A stretch of DNA of 61,334 nucleotides, filler included, from Sphacelaria rigidula (Eukaryota): NCBI GenBank assembly GCA_964200075.2. It is 7 parts of 7 records of this genome, joined end to end, with 100 filler letters (N's around TTAATTAATTAA, not from the genome) between each part and the next. Parts side by side here need not be neighbours in the genome. Positions count along the whole stretch, not along the records: positions 43,884 to 52,559 come from CAXNAA020010418.1; positions 52,660 to 61,334 come from CAXNAA020010419.1; 5 more parts are not named here. The stretch is one strand, 5' to 3'. Of the stretch, positions 47,572-60,900 are shown in pieces. The position numbers were made by a program, and so were the translations under genes. Position 1 is the stretch's first letter; every line of letters begins with the position of its first letter. The notes below the pieces were generated by a model that was not told where the DNA came from, made no database searches, and saw nothing but the letters and a program-made list of their open reading frames with translations.

Positions 47572-50540
47572 CTGCTCTCTTTTCCTGCTCGACAAGTTCA
47601 CTTGACTATTTTGTTCGAATATATGCGTTGCACAACAATCTATGTTGTAGTGTCTTTGCTACACTGTTTTCATCTTCCTCTCCACGCATTCGATGGTGGT
47701 ATACGTGTGTATATCAGTCGAGACTGAGGATAACGCATGCAAATGAAGCACGGTTTCACCTCAGAGCAGTACCCCAGTTGTGTTGAGATACTTGCGTGTA
47801 GAAACAAAAGTGTGCACCCAGTACTACTACTGTTGTCTCGTTTTGTATCGTACAACAACAACAGTAGTACTTCGTACTACCTGTACGTACTACAACTGAA
47901 CCGTACTTTGCTTGTGCTGTACATCATCCGTCGGGTAAATTGGACCAATCGATAGGTGCGCTAACGACCAAAGGATCAGCACGAAACATATGCGAAAACT
48001 ATACTGCCCACAGGGGCGTAATAGATAAGCATACCGAACACCACCAACACGAGAGGACGTAAACTCACCTCGTGCGGAAATGCGACACGGAGGAGGAGGA
48101 TAAACACCGCGAATCAGACACTCAAGACAAAGCACGAGTATTCATATTTCGCGAGAGAAGAGTAGAGGTAAGCCCTTGTCGCCGTAGCTGTAAAATAGCA
48201 CAAGCGCTCGTTGAGAGTTTGAGAGAAGAGGGGGGAAACGGTGGGTCTAAACCACCGGCCGTGTCGAAGGGTCTCGGGTCGTGTCGCTGTTCTCGACAGC
48301 TATCAGTAGATTATCCTATTCTATTTCTAAGTAATGACGGAATCAACTTGAAAATATACTTCATATCATACGCATCGTCAAAAACAAGAGGCGAGAGACA
48401 TGTGTTTCGTGTGTGCGCGAGGAGCAAGCAGGAAACACTCAGGTGGTCCGTTTTGATACTTACCCCTCAGCAACGACGACTGCTGTGTATGAGAGTAAAC
48501 CACCAGGTACTGTAGACACAGCATGCGGTCTATTTCGTCGTCGATATTTTCGTGGTTTCTCCTCGCGATACCTGTACTAGCGTACCGTACCGTACTGTAC
48601 TGTCGTCGTGGGTTTCTCCTTCTTCAGCAGCAGCGTTCGACACGCCGAGAAATTTATGAACGAAGCTCTCCTGTCTTCGTCTCCCTATCGCGACTGTCAG
48701 TCGGAGAGAGATCGTTCGACCTCAGTTTGCGCATACGATACACGGCCTGGCGTTCAGTTTTCTTCTGTATTGTGCACTCCCAGCGGAAAGCGTACAAGGC
48801 TCATCCACGATGCACCGTCAAAAAGTCCACACGTGAACAGCAGCGTGACTGACATGGTGGTCAGGTCAAGTTGTATCGAGAAATATGGACCTCTCTCACA
48901 CTCTCTTTGTTTTTCATATAATAGTCTATATATTTAATGTATTTTAGTAGGTTGTGGGACCGCTCGTGCTCGACATGCGATCAGTTTAGCCATCTCTTCT
49001 CCTGTGAACGAAGAACGAAAGCTATTCAACATTCTTCCACACGACGAATATCGAAAGCACCACGGTAAGAACCTTTATCATCCCCTTGCCATCCTAGTCT
49101 GAGGAAAAATCTGTGTATTGTGTACGTGCTGTATTTATTTCACGAGCTTTTGACGTCCAAGTACTGCTGTTATTGCTGCTGCTCTACCGTCCGCTGTAGC
49201 CTCGGCGCAAAATACACTGTATTTTAGACCACAGAGATGTTGGGGGCGGACCATCCGGGAGGTTTTTTCTGCGTCCGCATGCCGCAGTTGTTTCGTGGGT
49301 GGTGATGAGCGGGTAGCAAATAGTACGTACTGTCTGTGCTTTGCCCCTCCCACCCTCGCCCCCCCTCCCCAAAAGACACACTAGGTTGGTTGTGTCGAGA
49401 GCTGTGTTTGTTATTTTTGCACCACCATGCGGTTTACAGTACGGTGCAGCCAGCACGAGCTTGTAGCGAAATGCGTCGTGTTGTACGCGAAGGTCGCCCG
49501 ACTTCATTTTTGCTCGCGCGTGTTGGTGAACGAGTCGGCGTCGGCGTCGGCGCCACGATATTGCGGAGGGGTGGGGAGGGGGGGGGGGGCAGGAGGAAGA
49601 GCATAGCTTTTTTTTTGTGTTTGCACTTGTTGGTGATGTGTCATGGGTCGAGCTTCGAGACCGTTGTTATAATAGTGCCTTCTGCTTTATTTTGCGGTAA
49701 CGCACGTACATCTCCTCGTCTAGGCTACAATTGTTGTTGTCCCATGCTGCTGGGTGACTCTCGACTGCCTGTCCTGTGCAGTTCGTTACACACTACTGTT
49801 GTTGTCGAGAACAAAGCCGGACGGTATCCATCACTCGCACGTGCAGCATTCATTTTCTTGTAGATCTCGTGCGCCCTTTCCCGGCCTCCGGGCAGTCTCG
49901 CACGGCTGAAATAATTCGCAATCATAACCGTAGTTGGGCGACTGCGGTACGGTACGGCACATGAGTAAGAGCCGCAATACAACGGTACTGTGTTACAGTA
50001 CAATACCCCTCGTTGTACGAGTGCCGCCTCCATAGGGTACTCCTCGTACACTCCGCACTTGCAAATCGCTGCCTCGGTATACTGTTGTGTACAGTGAGTG
50101 CTGTAAACACCCTGGGTAAACTTCTGCGGTCGTCGAGACACGAGTCGCGCGGTCAACTTGTTCAAGCCCTTGGGTCGTCAGGGAAATCTATCTGTTCATG
50201 GGGACTTTTTAAAAGTAAAATTGATGCCGATTCTATACGAGTAGATGACCTACTACTGTTATCGCTTTCTTGAGGGTCAATCACATCGAGGAGAAGACGT
50301 ATTCCGACTGAAAATATTTTTTGGCGGAGACGCCGAATCGAACAGGGTCCTGTTGCGATATATATTGAACCTTCTCTCACTTGGAGAAAACCTTTGCACA
50401 TTGGAGATAATCAATTCGGGGTGTTCAAGATACATGGGTTGGGATTGCATTGAGACCACGCACTTGTCCCGAGGAAAAGGGTGGAGCTAGAAACCAGACT
50501 TAATAAAAAATGAAACATGAAATGAATGTGAGTGAGTGAG

Positions 50541-51077
50541 TAGACCCTGACCTCTACTCGTAAGGCATGCCTTCCTTTTTGCGTTAGAGCCCCCTTTTCA
50601 GAAAGAGGTTGCCTGAGAGGGGGGTATGGCGCCTGAGATGCCTTGTTTGGGCGAGGCAAACACATATACGACAACGGAGAATGGAAGTAAGGCACGCGAA
50701 TTACGACGCCAACTTCAATCAGTCGGCATACCGGGGTTTTACTTTTTTGCCTCCAGAGCCCCTTTTCGAGAAGGGGTTGCCTGATAAGGTGTTTAATCCC
50801 TGAGATGCCTTATTTCACATGGGCAAACACACTATATCACAAAAACAAAAGCAATAAGTCAAGCTTATGACAACGCCCACTCCAATTATTCGGGAAACCG
50901 AAGTGATTGTCTAAGGCAAGTCTCAGGCATCCCGAGCTATGAATCAAGGCATTTCAGGCATGAATACGGGGTAAGACGTGCCTCAGCAGTTGCCTGAGGC
51001 CAACTATTTTGCCTGAGACGTGCCTTAAATGGTTTGCCTTAGACCCCCTTTCGGCATGCCTTATCGGTCAGGGCCTA
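50541..51077. mobile_element. Non-autonomous hAT-like element
   Basis: TIRs TAGACCCTGACC / GGTCAGGGCCTA, subterminal TAAGGCATGCC / GGCATGCCTTA, and an internal ~170-bp tandem duplication rich in TGCCTGAG. Confidence 0.65.
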
Positions 51078-52189
51078 GTGAGTCCTATCTACGCGAACCC
51101 CGCACGCCTCATATTATGGTTCTGCTCAGAACCAGTCAGGCCTCCTGGTTCTGTTTATTGAAAACTTCTAGCCACGAGAAAGCTTCCTACGAATATCAAG
51201 ACGGGCCAATATTGAAAGGCAGCCCGAGAATGGCAAATACGTTGTCGAATTATCAGAGGTAGGTTAGTGATTTTACTGTGGGATGTATTATACTGGGAGC
51301 CTCGAGTTCAAGCTGTCGGTTGTGTGGGTCGACGAACATTTCGGCCAAATCGGGTTCAGACCGGCTCCGCGAACACTAGATGAAGTTTCGGCATTTGGAC
51401 CGACAAGTCCTGACCGGTTCAATTAAATTTTGAGCGAATTGCGGGTGGATGATGTTGCCCCGCTCTTGTCTCGACTTTTTCAGTGCATGTATGAGCGCAT
51501 CAAGAGCAAAACAAAATGCTACATGGCACGGACGACAACGTATGTTAAAAATATGTTTTAATGTTTTTGTGATGTCTCGTGTGGAGGTTGGCCCATGTTT
51601 TCTTCAAGGGGTGGGACGGCAGCCGTTCACGTGGGTGGTATCCGCCGTCTTGTCCTGTCGCAACACGAATGATAGTACTCCCTGACTATCCATCCTCCTG
51701 GTACGTCGTGAGCGTGCGGTAGGTATATGGTGAGCGTGTCGATGTTTTGACGATGCCTGTCATGCGTTCGGGAGCATCATGTAGATCGCCCGCAAATAAC
51801 ACCCTCCCCCTCCCGGGTGAGGATGTCTGGGGAGGAGGTACTCTCATCTCGTCGTCGGGGAGGGGGAGAAGTGTGGTCCCGACATCACCAAGTTAAATGC
51901 AAAAGGCGATGGAGTAATGTGTCCCCCGCGGTGACTGCAATCCCGTTGAGAACCCCTTCTCAGGGTGGGTTGTAGGGTTTATATAGGCACCGGTTACGTG
52001 TCCACGTTGATCGGTCGCCGGCCGCAAATGGCACAACGTTGCATAACACAGTAAGTAGCCCAAAAGCTTTGGCCGTACATCTATGGTTGACAACATGACT
52101 ACTCGATTTTAGACCTGAAAAAGTTCTGAGAAAATTCATGGTCTGGGGCAGGTGAGCAGTGGACCCAGCTCGTCCAGAACGTCTTTTTT

Positions 52190-52330
52190 TTTCCGAAATC
52201 GGCGCCTGCGGAGTCGACTTCAGGTCTGCCAACTCACACTTTGCCTAGGGGAACGTATCCATCCCCCTTGCCCCAGGGTCTCGTATGCCTTGGATCGGGG
52301 TTAGCGTTAGCGTTAGCGTTATTGTTAGTT
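52190..52330 (-). mobile_element. Short interspersed element with telomere-like hexamer head, copy 3
   Basis: Reverse complement of 45510-45630, ending in GGGTTAGCGTTAGCGTTAGCGTTA. Confidence 0.65.
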
Positions 52331-52559
52331 CGAAAAAAGTACCATAGATATACGACCGAAACCTTAGGTCGCCTGCCGCGACCAGCGACAGCCCTAACTG
52401 ACCATTTAAATTCAGGTTACCGGGGAGCGGCGGAATATCATCTCCACATCAGTTTCAATTTCAAGTCTGGTGGGCTACCGGTTTCTCAAAACGCCCCCCC
52501 CCCCCCGTGTGTATGGTGCCTCGCTGCATTGTGTCTGTTCATGGACGAGACGATCTATA

Positions 52560-52659
52560 NNNNNNNNNNNNNNNNNNNNNNNNNNNNNNNNNNNNNNNNN
52601 NNNTTAATTAATTAANNNNNNNNNNNNNNNNNNNNNNNNNNNNNNNNNNNNNNNNNNNN
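52560..52659. other. Artificial contig linker
   Basis: N44-TTAATTAATTAA-N44. Confidence 0.98.
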
Positions 52660-53284
52660 CAAACCAGCCCCGGACTCCCATATTTTATTTCCGTGGAACG
52701 TTCCCCCTTCGGGGGTGAAGGCATTTCCCCCCCCCCCCTTCATCCCTCTGCCGCAATGTTCCTCCAATCCTGCGCTGTTCGCTTTTTTTTTCCCCCCCGA
52801 AATAAATCTCGTCGTTTTTCAAGAGGTTATTTTTGAGGGCAAAAAAATGAATTACACAATACTTTTGTGACGTTTTTGAAAAAGTACGCTTATGTTGATA
52901 TGATCGGTGTATTCCTTCCTTAGTGGCAAATGTTGGATGTTTCGTCAAACAAAATTGACGGGAGAGGGAGGGGGGAGTGTTGTCACTTCGGTGTCAAAAT
53001 TAGCGACAAACGCATGAGACGGTATTTTGAAGCGAATCGATATGTTACGTGTGTCATCGGGTATCATTTTTTTTTACAAGTGGCAAGATCACGAAAATAC
53101 CCAGGAGGGCATTTGTAATACTCGATAGGGTAGGTGCGTCTGTTACGTGGGCACCATCGAAGTCGTGAAGTGCTGTTGTGTATATTGTTCCCGGTATCCA
53201 TGAGCGTGGCGTGGGGACGTGGTCGACCTCTCGTATTTTCATGTATTCAAGCGACGGTTCCCATTTCTTGTGTGACTTGGGCAG

Positions 53285-53380
53285 GTCCCGAACGGAGACT
53301 GGATTTCGGACGAGCGAAAAGGATTGACGTTTAACGACTGTACGTCGGCAGCCTTCGCGATGGACATCCCGTGGGAGAAG
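53285..53380 (+). CDS. serC: Phosphoserine aminotransferase exon (first visible; 5' exons not found on this contig)
   Basis: [32 protein letters not shown], containing the PLP-contacting DxTSAAFA motif. CAG/GT sites; 96 bp. Confidence 0.9.
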
Positions 53381-54209
53381 GTGGAATATGACCTAATATG
53401 CTTGTACGAAATGTACTAAATCTTCTGGTTCCTAATGCGTCTCATGCACAAGCAAGGGAGCTTGTAACTTTCCCACAGAAGCCCACTCCAATCCCACCCC
53501 TCCTCACCCCACTTCATGAAAAAGTGCTTGGTCGTTATCGGCCATCACCCCGGCATCTCATCTATCCAAGATTGCTTGACTCGAGAGCATATGCCGTGAG
53601 TGATTTTTTTCAACGTGCTAGAACGGTCATGTCGCGGTAGCTTGTTCATGCTCTTACATGTCGTGATCAATGCCCTACTCACCAGGCACGATAATAGTTG
53701 TATCGGTCCTTCTTTCCTTTAGGGTTTCATGGTTATGACTGGCAAGTTGGCGCGCCATAGCATCACTCCCCCCTCCCTTCTCATGAGTACACCCCCCCCC
53801 CTCCTCAGGTTGTGTAAATTGTTCCCCTGGGGATCTAGTTGATGAATCCTTTTTGAAGATTTAAGTTTGGTTTCGTCGTGGCTTGTCAACACGCTTGAAG
53901 TACAATGTGGCGAACTCTCGCACAGCCTGGGTACGTACGTTATAAACAACCAACGCCCACCGCGTTTCCACGACAAGGTGTAAGCCACATTAAATGGTTT
54001 TCAGGTGACACGTGTAGTTGGTCACGCGTTATATTGGTTGTTATCATATCTCCCGAACTGCTTCGGGAGTATTTTGCCACACAAATGTTGCTTTTCATTT
54101 CTTTGTAGCCTTCGTCTTAGTCTTCTGTTTCTCTCTACGCCTCCGAGTCTAATGTAGAAGTTTTCGTAGCATTTACTGTGAAGGAAGACTCGGGGTAAGG
54201 ATATATTGC

Positions 54210-54572
54210 AAGGTTGTGTTTTGTCGGGTACGGGTATGTTCGGCAGGGTATGAGATTTCGGGTACCGGTACGGGAGTCTTCAGGACTTGCATAACGGTGG
54301 GTGCCGGTATGGAATTCGTACCGAACTTACAGAACCTGTCAAGTATGGTATGAGGGTTGTTCGAGAACCCTCACCCGCAACTGGGTATGTCTAGAAGGGT
54401 ATACCCATGCCCTGGGTGAGGGTAACGTTTCGTACGGATCGTACACAACTGTCGGGTACTGGAATAGAAAGCTTGAACTCACAGAACTGTCGGGTGCGGG
54501 TATGTGAAGCCTACGGATATCACAAACCCATTGGGTAAGGTGAAGACCCCGGGTATATAAGTCGCACCCTAC
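54210..54572. mobile_element. TACCCG-motif repeat element in a serC intron
   Basis: CGGGTA and ACAGAACT motifs, a reverse homologue of 33175-33545. Ends ...GTCGCACCCTA. Confidence 0.6.
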
Positions 54573-55304
54573 ATAACGCGAACTTGAAATGTTCCCCGTA
54601 AGGACCTGACACGGAGAAGGTACTTGAAGAAACACCGTACTAATAATGGAGGAGCACTTTCAGCCAAAGTGTCACCGCAAGAAACCGGGTGAACCAAGCA
54701 ATGGAAAGGGAAAAGGAAAGGGGCCCAGGCTCTAGACACTAGCGACCTTGGAGATTTCCTCTTGGATCACGCGTTTGAGATAACTTTCTCCCTCCCAATT
54801 TTTGAGAGAACAGGAACCAATATTTAAAATTTCTGAGCAAACCTTTTTTGTTGGAGAGAATATCGGGCATGTTGACTGTGGAAGTTGGTGAGACGAAGGT
54901 CTCCGTATGTACCCCAAAGCTTCTATACTGGTCTTGTACCTTGTACTGCCCTTATTTTTCTGTTGGATAGTCGTTTCTCTGTTGTTGCGTTCGCTGTGCG
55001 TTTCTACGACGTATCCTTTCTCACTTCTCGACCTCTCTCTGTGCGGGCGCCGCTTCTTTTTCTCTACTCCATCCTTATATTTTTTGCATATCTCTATATT
55101 TTAACGTTTCTTCCGCCCTCTCTCTCTCGGATGTCTCCATTTCCTTCGGGATTCCTCATTCCTGCCCTCCAATAAACTGTTGCTTTCATGCTATCTTGAG
55201 CTTGTATCCCTTCCCTCTTCGTCTCTGTGCTGCTATACTCAGCCTTCCGTACCCCCCCTCTCCTCCTCTCCATTGCTGTTACCTTTTCCGCTGGATTAAA
55301 CCAG

Positions 55305-55442
55305 ACCGACGTTAGTACGTACTCCTGGCAGAAGGTACTCGGCGGCGAGGGAGCACACGGAGTTCTCATCCTGTCCCCGAGAGCGGTGGAGAGGCTCGAG
55401 ACCTTCACGCCGGAGCGACCATTACCGAAGATCTTCCGCATG
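55305..55442 (+). CDS. serC: Phosphoserine aminotransferase exon with the PLP lysine
   Basis: [49 protein letters not shown] and GTGCGT sites; 138 bp. Confidence 0.95.
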
Positions 55443-55595
55443 GTGCGTCTGTTCGCTCCTTTTTTTCCCGCCACACTTCCGTCGCTTTTTTTTCTGTTGC
55501 CGTTGATACTCTGAAAATATACTGAAGAACGAGTGCCAAAAGGATAATGGCAACAGTGTTTCTTTGATTGATTTTTCCCGCTCGTTTGAACTCAG

Positions 55596-55739
55596 GTCAA
55601 GAAGGGTAAGGTGGATCGTTCCATTTTCGATGGGTCGACGATCAACACGCCATCCATGCTGTGCGTGGAGGACTACATCGATGCGTTGCACTGGTCTGAC
55701 GCCGTGGGAGGTCTGCAGGGGCTCATCAAGCGCTCGGAG
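55596..55739 (+). CDS. serC: Phosphoserine aminotransferase exon
   Basis: [51 protein letters not shown] and GTGCGT sites; 144 bp. Confidence 0.95.
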
Positions 55740-56662
55740 GTGCGTACATTCCGCGATGATGAGCATTGCAAGAGCGGCAAAGAAAATATTTCTGATTTCT
55801 TCAACACGCATTTGAGGGATCAACTCGACATGTGATAGCGCAGAGTTTATTCACCGGATGAAGCGCTCGTTCCCGTGTCATGAACGCGTTTCTGTTTGTC
55901 CCACGCGCTACACCAGAAGACGTCATCGCATTTCAAGCGTGGCTCCCACCATGCGTCTCACCGCCAACTTGCCCCGTGTTTTTGTTGTTTTTTCCTAAAT
56001 CCGTGTTGTAGAGTCCGACGGTATACTCTTCAAAGTGCTCGTAATGCCTTTCCCATAAATTAAAGAGCAACCTTCAGCATTCCATCGCTGTCAATTCAGG
56101 CTTGCCACCGATTTATTCGAACACGAAATAATGATGACGTGAAATACCGGGGAGCATCAGGCGACATGGTGAAAGCGCATCCCGCCCGCTGAAACCAGCG
56201 TTTGATCACAAATACTTGCTTCTGTCGTTGCATTAGACTGCGCTTTCTACTCATGCCCAAGACATAAATGGAGTAACCGCTGGCTGCATTTCCGCGTATA
56301 TATTTTTGATGAGGGCCGCGAGGGGTTCAAATGATGGTCGGGATGCTGTTACCGTTTCATTTCTTCTGTACTGTGAAACGTTTGCATGTGATTGACTTGC
56401 CCAAGGAGGCTGGAGGCAGCCTGCCATCATTGAGACATCCTAGCCATCTGCGGGATGCGCTCAATCGGCGAGCGGAAATGAAATGCCACCGGAATCCAGG
56501 GCACTAGCATATGTTACAGATGCGTGTAAGCTCCGCTTCCCATCGTGCGGGGTCTGGTCAACATAGCCCATGAAGCGAACTGTGCGCCTTACACGTGAGA
56601 AACAGTTTGCTCACGAGCTTCCTGCTCCGTCACCGCTGCCGATTTTTTCGCTCGCACGTCAG

Positions 56663-56785
56663 GGGAACGCGAGTGTAATCGCGAAGTTCTGCGAGGAGCG
56701 AGACTGGATCAGGAACCTAGCGGTCGACCCAGCCACGGCTTCCAACACCTCCGTGTGCCTGAGCCTCGACCTTGACAAGGACGAG
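56663..56785 (+). CDS. serC: Phosphoserine aminotransferase exon
   Basis: GNASVIAKFCEERDWIRNLAVDPATASNTSVCLSLDLDKDE. CAG and GTAAGA sites; 123 bp. Confidence 0.93.
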
Positions 56786-57803
56786 GTAAGATCGCTCCCG
56801 ATCCTCCGCACTCTGTCTGGGGAGAGGATCAGCGTCTCGATTGCAGCGCACCAACGCGCCCCCGATTGTCGAACTGGTGCAAGAGTAGCTGATTGGGGGG
56901 GGGGGAATAACGGGTTCAGATCTCGACAAACCTGATGGATTTAGGATGTGTTGGTTTTCGTCGTTGAAAATGTCGAGAGCATGAGCAACGAAAAAGTGTT
57001 GGATGAGAGTCAGCGTGGTGTGAAAGTGCTGATTCAATCCGGGGTACAAAATTGTTAATCATGTGCCGGGGAAGAGATGCATGGGTTCGGTTTCATGTTA
57101 ACCATGGACTCGTCTGGAGGAAGCAGAGGAGTTGTATGCACGATGTTGGTAGGTCGTCTTGCGTTAGCACAACATTTTGACGTGAGTTGATTGATGAGGG
57201 ATGCCGCAGGATTGATTCCAACCCAAATTCTTCGCGAGAAAATATGCCGCGCCTATTTTTATAGCAGTTTTGCCGTTGGAGTTTCACCACTGTACTGTGT
57301 GCAACTGTGTGCACGAGATCGCTCTGTTTGTATGTGTTTGTCGTCTCATGTTCACTGCTGAAGTTTTCACCGCTGGACACAACGCGCAACCAGGTGGAGG
57401 CACATGCATCTCTTTGATTCAGAGTCAGAAACATTTGCAGGTTGGCATCCTCTGAAAATACGACACTTTTCGGAAGGATACTACGTTTTTCTGTTACTTG
57501 CAAAGTGTAGGTTGACATGGCCTTTTCTCGTCTTCATCCGCGAACATTTTCGATTTGTTTTTGCCCCAAACGTCTTCTTGCGCAGAAGAGTCCGAAGTAA
57601 CAAATGGTTCCATTGATGTGGGCACATGAGCTGACTCCAAAGATTTACTGCATCACGGTCAAACAGCCGACTGTACACACATGAAAATTCGTGAAAAGGC
57701 AACAATCAGCACTTTCGTCAATCAATTCCGTGATTGTTTTTTTCTTCAATCGATCGTTTGACTGTATCCAAACGCTGTTCATGGTACTCACCACGCGCTG
57801 CAG

Positions 57804-57980
57804 GTGAAGAAAATGGTTTCCCTATTGGAGAAGGAGGGCGTTGCGTACGATATCGGTAGTTATCGAGACGCCCCCGCCGGCCTCCGCATCTGGTGTGGGG
57901 CCACGATCGAGAAGGAGGACTTGGAGGCCCTCATGCCGTGGCTCGAGTGGGCCTACACCGAGGCTAAGAGCGGTGAATGA
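57804..57980 (+). CDS. serC: Phosphoserine aminotransferase, terminal exon
   Basis: [61 protein letters not shown] acceptor; TGA at 57978-57980. Confidence 0.95.
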   Translation: MKKMVSLLEKEGVAYDIGSYRDAPAGLRIWCGATIEKEDLEALMPWLEWAYTEAKSGE

Positions 57981-60900
57981 TTCAGAGGAACTAGATAAAG
58001 TGTATAACTCAGCACCCGCGTGCGTCTCAAAAAGTGACATTATTTACTGTAAAGCCGACAAGGAGTGGATTTGAGGTGAGTAGCCAGCCACCGGAGCTGA
58101 ATCATGTTCCGACGGTCTCCTGAGGGCCTGCTGCAGAAACGTATGCAAAAGAGGTGTCATGTTTGTGCCATAGGCGGTAACGTTTGGCGCGTTAGGCGTT
58201 TCATTTTCTTTCATTTTTTTTCTTGTACGGTATTTGTGAAGTGGTGCCGTGTGTTGTTCGCGGGTGTTGGGGGTTTTGTCTGTCTACATTTGCGACTGAC
58301 TAGTACGAGGTTGAAGGAATTCCATGGGGCAAAGCTGTTGGAAAACTTCGGTGGGCTTTGCCATTTGCGCAGGGATGTTGTGGGTTCATTCTTTTGTTTT
58401 ACGGCTTCGGGTCCGTGTGAAAAACACTGACCGGATTAGTTTAGCCGGTTTTATTTTATTTATTTTCTAGCTGTCATGGACAGATTTGGACCCACAACCC
58501 GCGGCCTCAACGCCGCGTATTCGAGGCAGGGATGGGCGGGTGGGGGGCATTAAGTACTACGTATTTCCGATCGGGGATGTCTCATCCCACGCAAGGGTTG
58601 CACACCCGGGCAAGTGTTGCAGTGTTTCAAGGCGACTAGTCTTCGATGCTTGAGTTTTTCGGAGTTGAGACGTGAGGCACATGAGTTGATCAACGGAAAC
58701 CATCTGATGGGGTCATGATCTCACATCATTATCGCCGCTTGCGCTGTGTTCCACGGTCGTCGGTCTAGTGAAATGGTCCTTCCTCCAGTTTGTTGCGGCA
58801 CGACTTTCACCGTAGCCTCCAGCAACGGGCGGCACTAGAGCATCCTATCTTCTCTCCTTCCTCCGTGTAGGGGTGTGTTAGCTGTGTGACTTCCGGCGGG
58901 GGGAAAATCAGACATCATTCGGCATGTAAAGGGGCCGGCCAAAAAGCGAGATGCAAGGTGCACGAGGTGGAATCGTAGTATATGGGTGTGTTTTAGTGAT
59001 CAGGGTGTGCGATCGTGTTATTAACACGGAGGGGTCGGGCGGTGCACGGGGTATCTTTTGCATGTAAACATGTAAGCAGGCGGTATTTGTGGCTAGGGCG
59101 TGTGCGGTTCTGTCGTTGGCATTACATCTGCGTGTGTTTTCCAATACCTTTCTCCATGGCCAACTTGCGCTGCCGGCACCTCCGTCCCCTCTGATGAGTG
59201 TCATGGTGTCCGCCGGTGCAGTCACTGTGTACCCCTTCTTGTGTATTGGATGTGTTGTTAAAGGGGTGTCCTTACCTTTCCCCCCTCCCTGCCCCCCTTC
59301 TCCGGTTTTTGGCGGATGTTGATGGCATCAAGCAGTTGTTGTCCACCCAAAATTGTGTTCGTAGCGTTTGGGGCGTAAGATGGCAGATAGGTCGCCGTGC
59401 CGAATTATTTGTTGTTGATCTCGCCTAGTTGGTCATTTGAGTTTTTGCGTTGCCGAATTTTGTCTCATTCTTCGTCACGGCATGCGGTTTCTTCTCTTTT
59501 TTTTCTCTTCTTGTTTTTGATGCGGTCCTAGCTCGGCAGCATAATTGTCGTATGTAGCATTGTCGGGTAAATATTCCGCGCCTCTGATAACACGGGGATG
59601 CTTATAGTAGGGCACGAACACATTCCGAGTTATTGAAGTTGCAGCACACTAGTAAGTTGAGGTTAGAGCCAAAGGGTATCTTGCAGTAGTTGTCGAGACC
59701 AAGACTGTTCGTGTCCATGAGTGCTTCTAGTGATGAGCCAAGAACTACCATGTATGTCTCAGCGTGAAAGTATAATTGCATGTATCCGGTTGAAATTTGA
59801 AGGAAAGAAGGGGATTGCATCCGGTTGGATTAACGGCGCAATGTGTATCAATCGAGCTCGCGAGGAGAGCAGCGTCGTTCTGACATTACTGGTCCTCAGC
59901 TATCATGTGTTGTAGGTAAAAACCCGGTCTGGCTGGCCTTGCTGAGAGACAACCTGCAACTGGCAACCCGCTGCACCATCCCTACCATACATGAATGCAT
60001 CACTTCTCATGCTCTCACCCACTTGGTGCCAGCGTGTTGACACCGAAGACTTGGTCCGAAGAAGTTGATAATTCCCGTATGGATAGCTTGAGCCTGTTTA
60101 TCACCGATCGGATGTACAAAAGCACCGACGTGCTGTGATTCGCGCAAACATGCTGAGCACGGCCCGAGGGAGGACTGGGGGTACTGCTTCTCAGCTCGAC
60201 CTGGAGATGATCTGTGTGGAGCCGGTGCAGCTCAAAATAAGTTCTGCGCCCACCCGCCACACCGCTGTTGGTCAATTATCATGGATCGAAGGGATGATGC
60301 TCGCGCTCACAACTGTCTCTTCCTCCAGGTTTCTTGTCATCCCCAATGAAGGATGGATAATAGGAGTCCCACGCGGAACCTCCCTTCTTCTTTGCTCGTG
60401 CGTTGTCAGTAACCATCCACGTTTAATGCGTTGGCCACCCCGCTTGCGGCATATCCGTATCCACTCAGTTGATGACCTGCTACAGCATCTCCATTCGACC
60501 CTTGGGTATAGTAATACTTCGTCCAACATATTTTCCTGAGAAGAGGCCTCTCGTGTGGGGTGAAAAGAGGGAACAAGTCACCTTCTCTCTCAGTTTGGCA
60601 CCACCGCTCATCCCAATCGCCGTTGGAGGAACATCATCTCTCCCTCTTGTGTTCGCAAGCTTCCACTACAAAAAAACGACAGCTTGAACCAAAGTCACGG
60701 TCAACCCCGAGCTACCTGTTATCTGAAACTGATGAGCCACCATATTATGTGCGAAGCTTCGATATGAAATCCATTCCTTATCTTGCAATGCGTTCCTAAT
60801 CGTACGAAAATGCTGTTCTGTGAGCAACGAGGGTTGCGCCAAGATCCCCAATCGCGTGTCGGCGGTATTATCGTATGCAGTGTGGTATTGTCAGTGCGGT

